In this document: positions 38,919 to 52,614 of the stretch, piece after piece
How the letters are laid out: each line of letters opens with the position of its first letter
How positions within the stretch are numbered: the first letter of the stretch is position 1
Source of the DNA: Octopus bimaculoides
Lineage: Eukaryota
Assembly (NCBI RefSeq): GCF_001194135.2
Contig: NC_068998.1
Span: forward strand, 2,836,120 to 2,900,119
Length of the DNA: 64,000 nt
Direction of reading: 5' to 3'
The notes under the pieces: model-generated
The model's input: only the letters and a program-made list of their open reading frames with translations
What the model was told of the DNA's origin: nothing
Databases searched by the model: none
Translations under genes and position numbers: made by a program

Positions 38919-38928
38919 NNNNNNNNNN

Positions 38929-38982
<54 letters not shown>

Positions 38983-39233
38983 CATACATATATTCTTTTA
39001 TTCTTTTACTTGTTTCAGTCATTTGACTGTGGCATACTTATGTACCTATGGTTATGTTTGTACAGAAATATATATGTATATATATATATATTTATGTATA
39101 TGTGTACATATATGTATGTATTCCTCATGTATATACAATTTCATTCTTACATAACTAAAATAATCTTAAGGTATATTGATTTTATAAATTACAATATTAC
39201 TCCTCTTATAATAACTTTCTCATACATATATGC

Positions 39234-39265
<32 letters not shown>

Positions 39266-42129
39266 NNNNNNNNNNNNNNNNNNNNNNNNNNNNNNNNNNN
39301 NNNNNNNNNNNNNNNNNNNNNNNNNNNNNNNNNNNNNNNNNNNNNNNNNNNNNNNNNNNNNNNNNNNNNNNNNNNNNNNNNNNNNNNNNNNNNNNNNNNN
39401 NNNNNNNNNNNNNNNNNNNNNNNNNNNNNNNNNNNNNNNNNNNNNNNNNNNNNNNNNNNNNNNNNNNNNNNNNNNNNNNNNNNNNNNNNNNNNNNNNNNN
39501 NNNNNNNNNNNNNNNNNNNNNNNNNNNNNNNNNNNNNNNNNNNNNNNNNNNNNNNNNNNNNNNNNNNNNNNNNNNNNNNNNNNNNNNNNNNNNNNNNNNN
39601 NNNNNNNNNNNNNNNNNNNNNNNNNNNNNNNNNNNNNNNNNNNNNNNNNNNNNNNNNNNNNNNNNNNNNNNNNNNNNNNNNNNNNNNNNNNNNNNNNNNN
39701 NNNNNNNNNNNNNNNNNNNNNNNNNNNNNNNNNNNNTTTGACGTTGGTCTGTTTGGGAATTTTATAAAGCTGAATCATATCTAGGGATGGGTCCAGCCGG
39801 ACATGCAGTTGGGTGACAGCTGTCTGCCTGTGTCTTGCTTTCTCTTGTCACATAGTCACACAATCACACACACATGTATACATACATACATACATACATA
39901 CATACATGCATACATATTTATATGCATATAGACATTCACATATTTATACTCACACACACACATATCGCCATCTCTCTGTCTCTCTATGTATACACACACA
40001 TGCACACATATATTTAAAGATATGCACTCATACATGCATACATATATATATTCCCTCATACATTTGCATACCAATCTACTTCCTGGTGCGTATTTACAAG
40101 GGTGCATAAACACACACACACACACACAGGTATAGATTATGCTCTCGACAGCCTTATGTCACTCAATGCTTTTCATGAGAGAGAAGAGTAAATACCTGTT
40201 TACAAAGCCAAGAGGGTAGAGGCTAATATGATTCTGGTACTACCACCTCTACTCATGCTACCACCTCTACATGCTACACTATCATCACCACTACTATAGC
40301 CATCACAGTCACCACCAGGCTGTCACCATTAATAAACCAGTACCACCACCACAACCACTACCACACTAGCATCACCAGAGACACCACCACCACAGCGATA
40401 ATCACCACAACCATCATCACCACTATTGCTAGCACTACCACCACAACCACTACAACCACAATTATCATCATTACAACCGCTAACGCAATTACCATCACAG
40501 CCCCTGTACCTCCACTAATTCTACTACTACCACCACCTCTACCTACACTATAACCACTTAGACAACAGCTGCCACCACCACTAACCCTACTACTACCACT
40601 ACCACCACTGCTGCTGCTACTCCCACCACCCATACCACAATTACAACCACCAAAAAGTGATGTTCAGTTTGTAGACATCACAAAGTACACATCACTCCTT
40701 AACTTACCTAAAATAAATGACATTGGTCTATTGGAGTTACTTCCCTTTGTTCACCTTATTTTTGTTTTTAAATCACCACCATTATCCATTTCTCACTACC
40801 ACCACCACGATCATTGCTACTACTACTACTATCACCACCACCACTACTACTACTACTACCCAAACCACCACTGCCATCAACACTCATACCTGTGTTATTA
40901 AGTGAACCAATCCTATTAGAACTAGTATCTCTCTCTCTCTCTCTCTCTTCCTTTGCTGCAAACGTATTCTCTTCTTCTTCCCCCTCTCTCTTTCTCTCTG
41001 CCTCTACCCCTCACCCTCGGCTGTGCACCCAGCTCTCTTCCCAGTTGACAACCAATCTTGTAAATATACATAACTATATATGGAGGAGTGACAGGTGGTG
41101 GTGGTCGTGGTGGGAGAGAGGCAGAGAGACAGTGAGTGGGGAGAGAGGTGTTGGGAGCAGGTAGACAGACAGACAGGCAAGCAGGACAGTTCCACTGCAT
41201 CCAGACGCAGCAGATACACTTTTTTCCGTGCTGGGGGTTAGTCAGCCGCCTGGTTATGTTCAAACCCCTGTCTCGGACCCTGATCACCATACCGGACTTG
41301 TACCTAACAACAACAGCTGTGACGACAACAACAACAACAACAACAACAGCAGTGACACTATGGACACAAGGTTTGTAAATACCATTTCAATTAACGAGAT
41401 GTATTTTCCAGAAATGTGTGTGTATGAGCCGATCCAAAGACCCAGTCTTCAGTGGCGCAACTATGCTAAAGTACAAGGCTATGAGTTTAGGTGGGTGGGT
41501 GAGTGGGTGAAGGTTTGGTGTATTGACCCCAGTATTTGGTGTTTATTTAGGTACAGCAGGGTTAATATAATTCAATATACACAATACACATGATGATGAT
41601 GTTGTTGGTTCTTTCTACTAGAGGCACAAAGCCTGAGGTTTGGTGGTGGTGGTGGTGGTGGTCTGGGTACATCGAATACATTACATTGACCCCCAGGGCT
41701 TGCTCAACTGATACATATTTTATCGACCCCCAAAAGGATGCAAGAGAAAAGTCGACCTCGGTGGAGTTTGAACTCAGAACATAAAGAACTAAGAGAAATG
41801 TTGCTAAGCACCCAACACACTCTGTAATGGGGTCAACATCAGGAAGGGTTGCAGAAACAAAGCCCAAACAGATCATGGCACCTGGTGTGGGTCCCGGCTT
41901 TGCCAGCATGCAAAAAGGGACATTAAATGATGATGATGATGATTGCAGATAAGTTCATTGTCATCAATTCACTGTGAGGAAAGTTTACTGAGAAAATATA
42001 TCCATAGCATCTCACCATTAATAGTTAAAAAACCATTTTATTGGAAAAAAGAAAGAAATTAATGGAGACCCTGTGGTGAATTGATTTGGGGTGAACTTAG
42101 TAGACATGGATGATGATGTATCAAAACAA

Positions 42130-42800
42130 CATACAAAATGTATGATCAAGTCCTCAGAGAAAGGAACCTCTCTTTAGGGGCCAGTCAAGGAACCCTAGAA
42201 ATCCTGGAATTACCTTAACTACCAAAGGTAAGTGCCTTCCTCCATCTGTCCTCATTCCCGGATCTACAGATGTTTACTGTGAGTCGGACCCTTTTCTTGG
42301 GCCATGCTCACCAGTCTCCCTTACCTTTCAATAAATTTACTGGAGGGAGAAGCACCTCACTCTTCATCCTCATCTTAATGACATCTCTGTATTTTAACAC
42401 AATAACAAGCTTCAAGTTGGCATCTGTTTCATTAATGTATGCAAGAAATAACAGGGCACCAGGAGCAGATCCCTGCAGGACACCAAGATGTCATTGCTTA
42501 GGGTACAGAGTGTTATCCTAGTACTATGGCTACCCCTTTTCAATTGAGATTGAAGGACTTTCAACCCAGTCATAAAAATTGGCCTTCATGCCGATTACAG
42601 AGAACTTCACAATACATCATGGGAATGGCATAGAATGAAAGACTTTGGTAAAGTTTAGATAACATGAATCCATGAGCCACCATCAGCGATTCAAGTGATG
42701 TTTCAAGAAATCCCATGTGTTGTACATCCTGACAAATTCCATCACTCTTCAGGTGGGATTCTTACTCATTCATTCACCAATATCTCTGTAACCCTGTCCA
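42130..42800 (-). mobile_element. Decayed CR1-type LINE reverse transcriptase fragment (in intron 1)
   Basis: Minus-strand YLNFTKVFHS (cf. YLDFxKAFDS), GVLQGSAPGALLFLAYINE (cf. GVPQGSVLGPLLFLIYIND) and KYRDVIK (degenerate YADD box). Confidence 0.8.
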
Positions 42801-43260
42801 CATCCTTATAAATAATTAATGACCTTATTCTGGGCTCGCCTGTCTTCGCAACAAGCCTTGCCTTTGTTTCTTGCAGCCTTTCTCACCAGGGGTGGGCACC
42901 AGTTTAGTCACCGACGATGACCTGACTGAGCGACAGGTTGTTGTTTGATTGCTGCTACAGTAGCACTCTTTGTGATCCGACAAGAAATGAGGGGGGGGAG
43001 TGGTGCTGGGGAAGGCGAGCGGGGGTGTGCGTGTGAATTTGGAAGTTTGATGGTAATGAAGGAAATGGTGATCATGTCGGTGGCATGATGGTGGTGGTGG
43101 TGAGAATGACACTTGTGTGTAGGAAAAAATATTCTGATAAGGCATGTATATCAATACTACTACTACTACAACTACTGCTGCTGTTGATGATGATGATGAT
43201 GATGCCATTCACCACCACCGCCACTACTACTACTGCTACTGCTGTTACTACTGACTATAG

Positions 43261-43627
43261 CAGTGTTTCCCAAACGCTGTGACGGAAGAGGATGGCAGGG
43301 GAGGTGGAATGATTGAAAGACAATTATTTAGAAACAGTTTCCAAAAATAAATAGGATTTCAAAATTTAAAATATTATTATGGATTACTTGTAATAGCCTG
43401 CTTAAGTCAAAAACATAAACAATTATAAAAATAATTATTGACCGATTTTATCATTGTAATTAATGGTTTTGCATTTTACCAAGGATTAAGAGGTCTAGTC
43501 CGCGAATAGGAGGAGAGTGTTATCCGTGGTTATCTCCATTTAACCCACCTTCTGGACCTTTGGTGAAGCGCGAGCAAAATTTCATTCCGAAAATGCGACC
43601 CAGAGAAAAATAGTTTGGGAACCACTG
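43261..43627. mobile_element. hAT-type MITE (367 bp) in intron 1
   Basis: TIRs CAGTGTTTCCCAAAC / GTTTGGGAACCACTG (14/15). Flanking 8-mers GACTATAG / GACTGTAA (6/8) are consistent with an aged 8 bp TSD. CAGTG(G/T)TTCCCAA termini are typical of hAT/Charlie-like elements. Confidence 0.75.
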
Positions 43628-45967
43628 GACTGTAAACGATGCCGCTGATCGATAAACTATATAACGTCTTGTGATACCTATTTACAAGGTGGATTGGGCC
43701 ATTTGCTAGTTAAGTTAAAAAGAAAAAGAACTAAGAAAAAGTCGACTATCACTGCTGCTATCCTCTTACTGGCACCACCACCTCCTCTTTTTAGGAATTT
43801 CTGTCATCCTCCGACGTCACAAAATTAATTTTAACGTTCGTTGGGGTTTGTGTAGTAAGGGAGATAAATGTGTATTATTATAATGTGGAGTTATCTTTCT
43901 TATTTCAAATATTTTTATATTCCTTGTTTTTTGTGTTTTAAAAGTTAAACAATTTGACATTCTGTCGCTTAAAATTTCGGACTTTCAGGTCTCCAGCCCC
44001 CATTGTGCCTTCAAGAGGCTATAATCACCGAAATTGTTATATCTAAAAGATAAAAGATCGGTTAATCGCATAATTGTTCTGCAGCGTATCAGAGAACTCT
44101 GCAAACATCGAGAGACAAAACTGCCCCCCCCCCCTCGGAATTTGTTTCCTCATAACTTTTTGAAAAATGGGTGTTTTTTGATGAAATTTTCTACAAATAC
44201 ATTTCAAATGGTGCAGATTACGATTATATCGGATTTTGATACGAATAATTTTTTTTCGGGTCAGTCTTTGTACTAATCATAGGCTGAGGTGTAGTAGTGT
44301 GGTGAGAAATTTGTTTCCCATCCACATAGTTCCGGGTTCAGTCCCACTGTGTGACACCTTGAGAAAGTGTCTTCCACTATAGCCACGGGCTGATCAAAAC
44401 TTTGGAAAGGTATCCAGCTGTAGAAACATTGCCAGATCAGATTGGAGCCTGGGGCAGCCTCCTGGCTTCCCAAACCCCAGTCAAACCGTCCAACCCATGC
44501 CAGCATAGAAAACGGACGTTAAATGATGATGATGATGATGATGAATCCATTTGCATGACTTTAGTTGGCCCAGATGTTGCTATTATAGAAGACACTTGCC
44601 CAAGGTGTTGTGCTGTGGGACTGAACCTGAGACCACGTGAAGGAAGCAAGTTTCCTAACCCCACAGCCACACCTGTACATATAATGTGTAAAAACCTCGA
44701 AGCAGGTGAAACAGGGTTGCTAGCCATTTAGGACGGGTGTGGTAGAGACGATAAATAAACAGAATAGTGGAGAGCAACAAAATAGAAAAGACAGGATAAA
44801 AACAAAATGAAACGAAACAAAAAAAAAATCTGACCTGGATTTAGAAAAGAAATCAAACCAGTTGTGTGACTGGTTCCACAACATATTTCTCGTATGAATA
44901 TAGTTTGCTCTTAATTATCATTATCGTTATGATCAATGTCATTACTGTTGCTGTTAGTAGTAGTAGTAGTAGCAGTGGCAGTAGAAGTAGTAGTAGCTTA
45001 AATGACATGTTATGTTTTAGTTTCTGAGTTCAATTTCCACTGGTGGTGGTGGTGGTGGTGGATTTGCCCTTCCTCCATTGGGTTGTAGTGACTCAAGGAC
45101 TTGGAGCTAAGGTAATCGATGCTGTTCTTCCTTCAAAGGAAAGAAAAATCCATAGCCTTGTAGCAATGTGATGCATTGGCAGAATTGTTTGAGCATCGGA
45201 CAAAATATCTTGTGGTTTTTGTTTTGGTTTAATATGTTCTGAGTTCAAATCCTGCCGAGGTCAATTTTGCCTTTTATCCTTTCGGGATTAATGAAATAAA
45301 AACCGGTCAAGTAATGGGCTCACTAATTTAATATATATATATATATATCACTAATATAAGGTTAAGGCTTAAAGCTCACACACACACACACATATTCTTC
45401 GACAGATTTCCTGGCTCTTCTGATGAATCTATGATCTTCACCTACTTTATTTAATACACACGCACACACACACAACAAAGAAGCAAAAAACAACCCTGAT
45501 TGTTTCTAAGTCATTCTCATAGATCTTAATTATTATTCTTTTCTTCGGTCCAAGGTCGTTAAGAAAGAAGGAGGAGAGATTTAAAAGTGTTTTGAATAAA
45601 TTTGCCAAATGAAATTCACAATGTCACAAAACAAAACCACAGCAATTTACCTCAGTTGAGTGTCTGTGGTGTTCCCTGACAGGCCTGCTAGAAATGGCAG
45701 CCAAATTTCTTAAATCATAAGCCACTGTATCATCATCATCATCTTCATCATCATTTAACATCTGTCTCCTATGTTGGCATGAGTTTCATGGTTTGACAAG
45801 TACTGGTAAGGCCAGGTGCTGCACCAGGCTCCAGTCATCTGCTTCGGCATGGTTTTAACATCTTGATGCCCTTCCTAATGCCAACTACTTTACAGAGTGG
45901 ACCGAGTGCTTTTTACATGGCACCATCACCATTGCTTTTCATGGTCATGAAAGAAATGACCTTCAAT

Positions 45968-46221
45968 TTGCTGTTGTTGTTCAACCTCATATCAGCTGTG
46001 AACAAGCTGACCTACGATCAAAGACATTCCAGCCGTGACCCTCCTTTAATTTATTCAGACACAGCATATTTTGGAGTACATTCATTATCTGTTGCATAAT
46101 CTATTAGACAGTGTAATCTGAGAGACACCATGTCTGAATAAAATATGGGATGGTCACAGTTGGAGTGCTTTTCATCAGAGGTCTGCTGGTTCATGGCTGA
46201 CCTTGAATTAAACGACAGCAA
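45968..46221. mobile_element. Aged foldback MITE (family with gatcaaagacattccagccgtgacc arms)
   Basis: About 95 bp arms, roughly 70% complementary by eye. Single arms at about 7195, 13535, 16700, 25200, 30880, 38570, 46300 and 47650. Confidence 0.6.
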
Positions 46222-46520
46222 TCACAAGGGAGGACACACAGTGTATCTTGGACTACATTAATTAATGTGTTCCTTTTTTGTAATTTGGCTGTTTAACCCT
46301 AGGTCAGCTGTTAACCAGCAAACCTAGGATCAAAGACTTCCCAACTGTGACCATCTCATAGTTTACTCAGACATATATATACATCTGTGTCTACGTGTAC
46401 ACCCATATGTATATATATATGCACATACATTTTATCCTATATTAGAAGTATATACAGTCTAACTCATGCCAGCATGGAAAGTGGATGTTAAATGATAATG
46501 ATGATGATGATGATATATAG

Positions 46521-46575
<55 letters not shown>

Positions 46576-48182
46576 GCTGAATGTGTAGGTGTTCCCTGGC
46601 ATTTCATTTCGTTGGTCACACAGTATCGGTTGATGCTTCACCAGACGCCACCCTTTAAATATATAAAGACGACATCTTAAACAATATGTCGGTCACTAAA
46701 TTAACTGTAATTTGGAACTTGCTGACATTAAATGGTTTGTTTCTGTGCTTTTTTGTTTTTCTCTCCTTATATAATCAGAGTTTGGATAAAAAATACATAT
46801 ATTGTATAACTTTCATTTACATTACACACACACACACATTCCGTAGTGGTTGGTGGTGGTGAAGATGACAATGATGATGTTGACAATTATGTTTCAGTTG
46901 GTCTGAAGATTCTAGAGTAATTCCTTCTTTTTTTTTTTACTGAAACTATCAGAAGAATATCATTTGGTTTAACTCAACTCCCACCCACCCCACCGGCCTC
47001 TGTGAAAGGATGTACCCTTATGTCAAAATTTCAGCTACCCGGGTACAAGACTGTGGGGTTTACAACTTTGGAACATACATAAGTTTACTTTGTGGTATTT
47101 GTTGTGAATCTTTACGTTCTGAGTTCAAATCCTGTTGAAGTCAACTTTACCTTTTGTCCTTCGAGCGATGGATAAAGTGAAGTACAAGGATCAGTGGTAT
47201 TATAGATTAACCTCCTCTCCTGAAAAATAATGGCATTGTACTGAAATCAGGGACCAGGTGTCCAGGACACACACACACACATACATGTGCCCTCCCCCCT
47301 CAACTGGGTTCCTCTTCCTCCTCCTCTTTTTGATAGCTTTTCAATTTTACCTCCTCATCTCCCTTCTTCCACACATTATCCCACCACCTCTTCCTCTTCC
47401 TCTCATCCTCTTTGTTTCAACTCCTTTCTTTCCTTTTTACCTTCTCCCACTTGTCCCCTTCGCTTCTATTTACTGCTTCCTACTGTCACTCTCATCTCCC
47501 CCTTCAACTCCTTTCCCCCCTCCCACAACAAAGCACCCCACTCCCTTTTATTACCTGATGATCTCATTAACAGGTTTCACTGTCTGTCCCCTCTGTGCTC
47601 CCTAGCTGTCCCCTTTTCTGAACTATGCCTTTACTACTGCTATTTGACTCCAGGTCAGCCTTGATAGAGGCCACCTAGGGGAACAAAGACATTCCAACAC
47701 TGACCAGTCCATCTGTTTCATTTCAGACATAGCATAATGTACTTGTGTACCTTGGATTACATTATACTATGTCCTTTTATTTACATAGTACAATAAGGCT
47801 GTTGCTTGAGGGTGATTCGGCTACCATTTCTAGCATGTCAAACAACTCATCAGAGGTTCACTTACTGTTGTGCATGTGTGTGTGTGTGTGTGATGGGGGA
47901 CAGATGAGTGGGGGGGGGTCTCCATCGCTCTCCTCACCATTCAGCAGCAGCAGAAACACCCCCACCACAACCGCCACTGTTGCCACCTCCACCACCTTCT
48001 TAGTAACTGCTATCATCAACACCTCCCTCTAAACCCCCCCATTAACTAGAGCATCACTACGTACCCCCTCCTCCTTCCTTCTGCCATTTCATTCACCTCC
48101 TGCTCCCCCTCGCTACACACATTAATGAGGTAATTGACAATGTGTGAACTTTCACTTTTTCTCACACACACACACACACACA

Positions 48183-48495
48183 TCTTTTATCTTTTACTTG
48201 TTTCGGTCTTTAAGCTGTGGCCATGCTGGGGCACCACCTTGAAGGTTTTCTTTTAGTTGAATGAATTGACCTCATGACCTCAGGACTTATTTTTTTTAAA
48301 GCCTGGTACTTATTCTATCAGTCTCTTCAACTGAACTGCTAAGTCAGAATGACACAAGCACATCAATACTGGTTGTCAAGTAGCGGTTGGGGACAGACAC
48401 ACACATGAATATACACGATAGGCTTCTTTCAGTTTCCTTCTACTAAATCCACTCACAAAGCTTTGATCCGCCCAGGGCTATATTAGAAGACAACA
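48183..48495 (-). mobile_element. SINE-like family 1 copy (intron 1)
   Basis: tcttttacttgtttcggtc..tgtggccatgctggggcacc through ggcttctttcagtttccttctactaaatccactcacaaagc. Confidence 0.7.
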
Positions 48496-49598
48496 TCAAA
48501 CGTCCATCACGGCCAATCTTACTGATCGGTTTTGTGCTAGGGCTACAAAGATTTATTTTCTTTCCATATCAGCTACCTCTGATGAGTGTAGGGTTATATA
48601 ATCGGATTGTTACCTCACACTCCATCGTACCCTTGGAATTCCAGCTTGTAAAGGTTTGTGGGTGGGTGAAAGGAAAGACCTTTTCCAACGCAGCATCTTG
48701 TCTCACCACTTGTTGCTTGCGGCCCTTGTCTGTATCCCTTTCTCGAGGTTGCCCTTCATTAAATCAACTTGTATCACAGCTTCCTATGTTTTCATAAAAC
48801 TCTCTCTCTCTCTCTCTCNNNNNNNNNNNNNNNNNNNNNNNNNNNNNNNNNNNNNNNNNNNNNNNNNNNNNNNNNNNNNNNNNNNNNNNNNNNNNNNNNN
48901 NNNNNNNNNNNNNNNNNNNNNNNNNNNNNNNNNNNNNNNNATATATATATATATATATATAAGAATATATAAATATATCGTTTGTAGAAGTAAACTGGCC
49001 TACCCCACTGTATATATATAAAGATATACACACACACACACACTTATGCATATACACATAGATCCATACAGGCTACCATAAAGAGAGAGAGCCACACACA
49101 TATTTAGGTACACATACACACACACACAACCCTATTTACCACCAGTAACATCCATAACAAAGCATTGACTTTGTGCAATTGTACTAAAACAGCAGCAGGA
49201 ACAGCAGTCACAGCTCCACCTACCGCTGCCACCACCACCACCACCACCACTACTACCACTGTCACCATCACAACTGCCACCCCCTCCTTCAGTGTGTTCC
49301 AGACTTTCAGTCAGTTGCGCTGAGCCTGCGTTGCAAGGCTCTTCTTCGTTTTCCTGGTTGTTCACTTCAGCCAAACTCCAGTCTCAACTTTTTTTTTTTT
49401 ATCTATCTGTCTCTCTCTCTCTACCCATCTGCTTACCTTGATATGCATACAATGATAGAACAAGCACAAGACCCCTACGCTTCAATCTTCGATGTTAGAC
49501 TGTAAGTATGTCCTTGTTGTTGTTCAGAAATGTATACCTCCATTTATTTATATACCCATTCACACATATATATGTCAACCATCTCTCACATAAATGTA

Positions 49599-49637
<39 letters not shown>

Positions 49638-50073
49638 GTGTGTTTTTATATATTCTTTATGTGTCTGTGTGTGTTACAGTGTTTTATATCTATCTATCTA
49701 TCTATCGATATATATCTGGCTATCTATCTATCTACACACACATATATATATACTTTATTAAAAAGCAGCAGAAATATCAGAAAAACTGTTACTCAGAGTT
49801 TCACTTTCCCATTCATCGGACAAAACTCTCCGACAAACGGGAGTGTGCTCCAGCATGGCCGCAGTCAAATGACTAATACAATTAAAAAGAAAGAGACTTT
49901 TTATAATCGAATGAATCCACCCCAGTACTTTTGTTTTTCATAAGCCTGATACTTATTCTATTCGTCTCTTTTGCTGAACTACTAAGTTATGGGGACGTAA
50001 ACACACCAACATCAGTTGTCAAAAAGTAGTGGGGGACAAACACAGACACAAAGACACACACACACTCACACAC

Positions 50074-50107
<34 letters not shown>

Positions 50108-50376
50108 NNNNNNNNNNNNNNNNNNNNNNNNNNNNNNNNNNNNNNNNNNNNNNNNNNNNNNNNNNNNNNNNNNNNNNNNNNNNNNNNNNNNNNNNNNNNN
50201 NNNNNNNNNNNNNNNNNNNNNNNNNNNNNNNNNNNNNNNNNNNNNNNNNNNNNNNNNNNNNNNNNNNNNNNNNNNNNNNNNNNNNNNNNNNNNNNNNNNN
50301 NNNNNNNNNNNNNNNNNNNNNNNNNNNNNNNNNNNNNNNNNNNNNNNNNNNNNNNNNNNNNNNNNNNNNNNNNNNN

Positions 50377-50439
<63 letters not shown>

Positions 50440-50915
50440 TACATACATACATACACACACACGTGTTGTATGCTATTTTTATGTTGTGTATATTGAACTT
50501 TGTGATTTTTCCTGTTGTTAATATTGCCTTATCACTATAGCAGTTAATGGTGTTGACAACGGTGATAATGATGATGCTGGTGATGTTAGTGATGGTGATA
50601 GTGGTGATAATAGTGGCTGTGGTAATGATGAGGGTGGTGGTGGTGGTACTGGTGATGATGATGATGATGATGATGACGATGATAGTGGTGTTGGTAGGGC
50701 TGATGATGGTGATGATGATCATGATAATGATTATGCTCTGTCAAGCATGATAGAATTCATCACTGAGAAGACTAAATGATGTTGAAACACCAGTGTCTGA
50801 CAATCAGTAAATGACATTTTGCACAAAGATTCTGTTTTTGAAGACTCGAGTCTCTTTTAGTAATTTCAATGCGGTAAAATATTAACAAATACTGCTTCCT
50901 ATGTTTGTATAGACA

Positions 50916-51205
50916 TGGGAGGAGGTGGTGAAGCATGACCTTTGAACTTTGAACCTCACAGACACAATGACTAGTGATTGAGACCTTAAGCAATGTACTC
51001 TGCTTAAGAGGACCCATCAAGCCAAGTGCACCCATGCTGGTGGCATGCAAAAAAAAATCAATTTTTGAACATTGGGCCTTGTCCCTTTTGAGCGTTGGGC
51101 CTGGGGGAGGTAAAGTGGCTGAGTTCCTTTCCAGTGTTGGGCCTCACAGAGGCGAGGTGGTTGTGTTCTTTTGAGCATTGGGCCTCATAGAGGCAAGGTG
51201 GCTAA
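50916..51205 (+). mobile_element. RTE-type LINE 3' fragment followed by a ~42 bp tandem repeat
   Basis: tgggaggaggtggtgaagcatgacc...gacccatcaagccaagtg matches the 29978 copy. 51061-51205 holds 3-4 degenerate units of ttttgagcattgggcctcatagaggcaaggtggctgagttcc. Confidence 0.55.
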
Positions 51206-51418
51206 GTCAAACTGTCCAACCCATGCCAGCATGGGCAACGAACATTAAATGATGGTGATGATGATGATGATGATATATGTATACACACACACACACACAT
51301 ATACACTCACACATACGTGTGTGTATGTGTATGTATGTACGTGTGTGTGTGTGTGTATACAATATAAAGCAACAACGTTGTGTAGTGATACAGAAACGAA
51401 AATGATTAATAATGTGTG

Positions 51419-51449
<31 letters not shown>

Positions 51450-52170
51450 ATACACACACACTCATATTATTTATACACAAATGCTTGTATGGAGAATGAA
51501 GAAGAGAGAAAGGGCAAGATATAATGTATTGAGAGTAAGTTTGTGTAGAGATGTTTGAAATAGTTTTCTAAAGTACCACCACAGCCACGTCTTCCATCAC
51601 CATCATGGCTGCCGCCACCACCACCACCACCATCTTGTCTGTGAACACGAAATTACCCAGGTAACATGTGTTGAAAGCCTGAACGCCCAACCAGTTGTAA
51701 CTGGGGTGCGAGAAACGAGACAAGTATTTCTTCTTCTTGCTTGCATTATTGATTAGGGTGAAGAAGAGGAGGAAGAGGAAGAAGAAAGGGATATACCTGT
51801 AGCTTTCTCATTCAACCTAAGTGTGAAATGTAAAGCGGTAGGGGGAGCTGGGGGGTTGGATGGTGGTGTGGCCAGTGAGCTTAGGATAAGAATGGATTAG
51901 TAATAATTGGGTGACATTTGGTGGGGCGGGGGCCGGGAGTTTTCTTACTTTTTGGATATTTTAGGTGGGACAGAGTGTGTTTGTGTGTGGGTGGGTGTGT
52001 GTGTGTGGTGTTTGTGTGTGTGTGTGTATTCACACCTCATTTACTGCATACAGGCATTCACACTCTAGTTGCGTATATGTTCACTGAGTATTGTGTATAA
52101 TGATAATGAAATTATTGTCTATAGTGCTCAGGTACATTACAAAACATCATGTATATATATATATAGGTAC

Positions 52171-52549
52171 AGGAGTGGCTGTGTGGTAAGTAACTTGCTT
52201 ACCAACCACGTGGTTCTGGGTTTGGTTCCACTGCGTGGCACCTTGGGCAAGTGTCTTCTACTATAGCCTTGGGCCAACCAAAGCCTTGTGAGTGGATTTG
52301 GTAGACGGAAACCGAAAGAAGCCTGTCGTATATATATACATATATATATATGTGTGTGTGTGTTTGTCCTCCCCACCATCGCTTGACAAGCGATGTGGGT
52401 GTGTTTACATCTCCTGTAAAATAGCGGTTCGGCAAAAGAGACCGATAGAATAAGTACTAGGCTTACAAAGAATAAGTCCTGGGGTCGATTTTCTCGACTA
52501 AAGGCGGTGCTCCAGCATGGTTGCAGTCAAATGACTGAAACGAATAAAA

Positions 52550-52552
<3 letters not shown>
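52171..52552 (+). mobile_element. Near full-length copy of SINE-like family 1 (head ggagtggctgtgtggtaag, central microsatellite, tail gcagtcaaatgactgaaac..aataaaagaat)
   Basis: The same two-part arrangement recurs at 9224-9485 (+), 29211-29590 (+), 10990-11490 (-) and 48183-48495 (-). Many head-only or tail-only fragments also occur (about 1585, 2870, 4860, 12750, 34430, 35700, 39000, 44285, 44580, 49910, 61440, 63150). Confidence 0.8.

Positions 52553-52614
<62 letters not shown>

Noticed and set aside
42877-42936. Candidate 60 nt cassette exon in intron 1
   Set aside because: Good acceptor but poor donor (gttgtt); in the gene's frame it introduces TAG, and nothing else supports it.
48579-48622. 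CTGATGA followed by a 39 nt hairpin (second hammerhead candidate)
   Set aside because: No GAAA follows the stem, and the hairpin is too short for a pre-miRNA.
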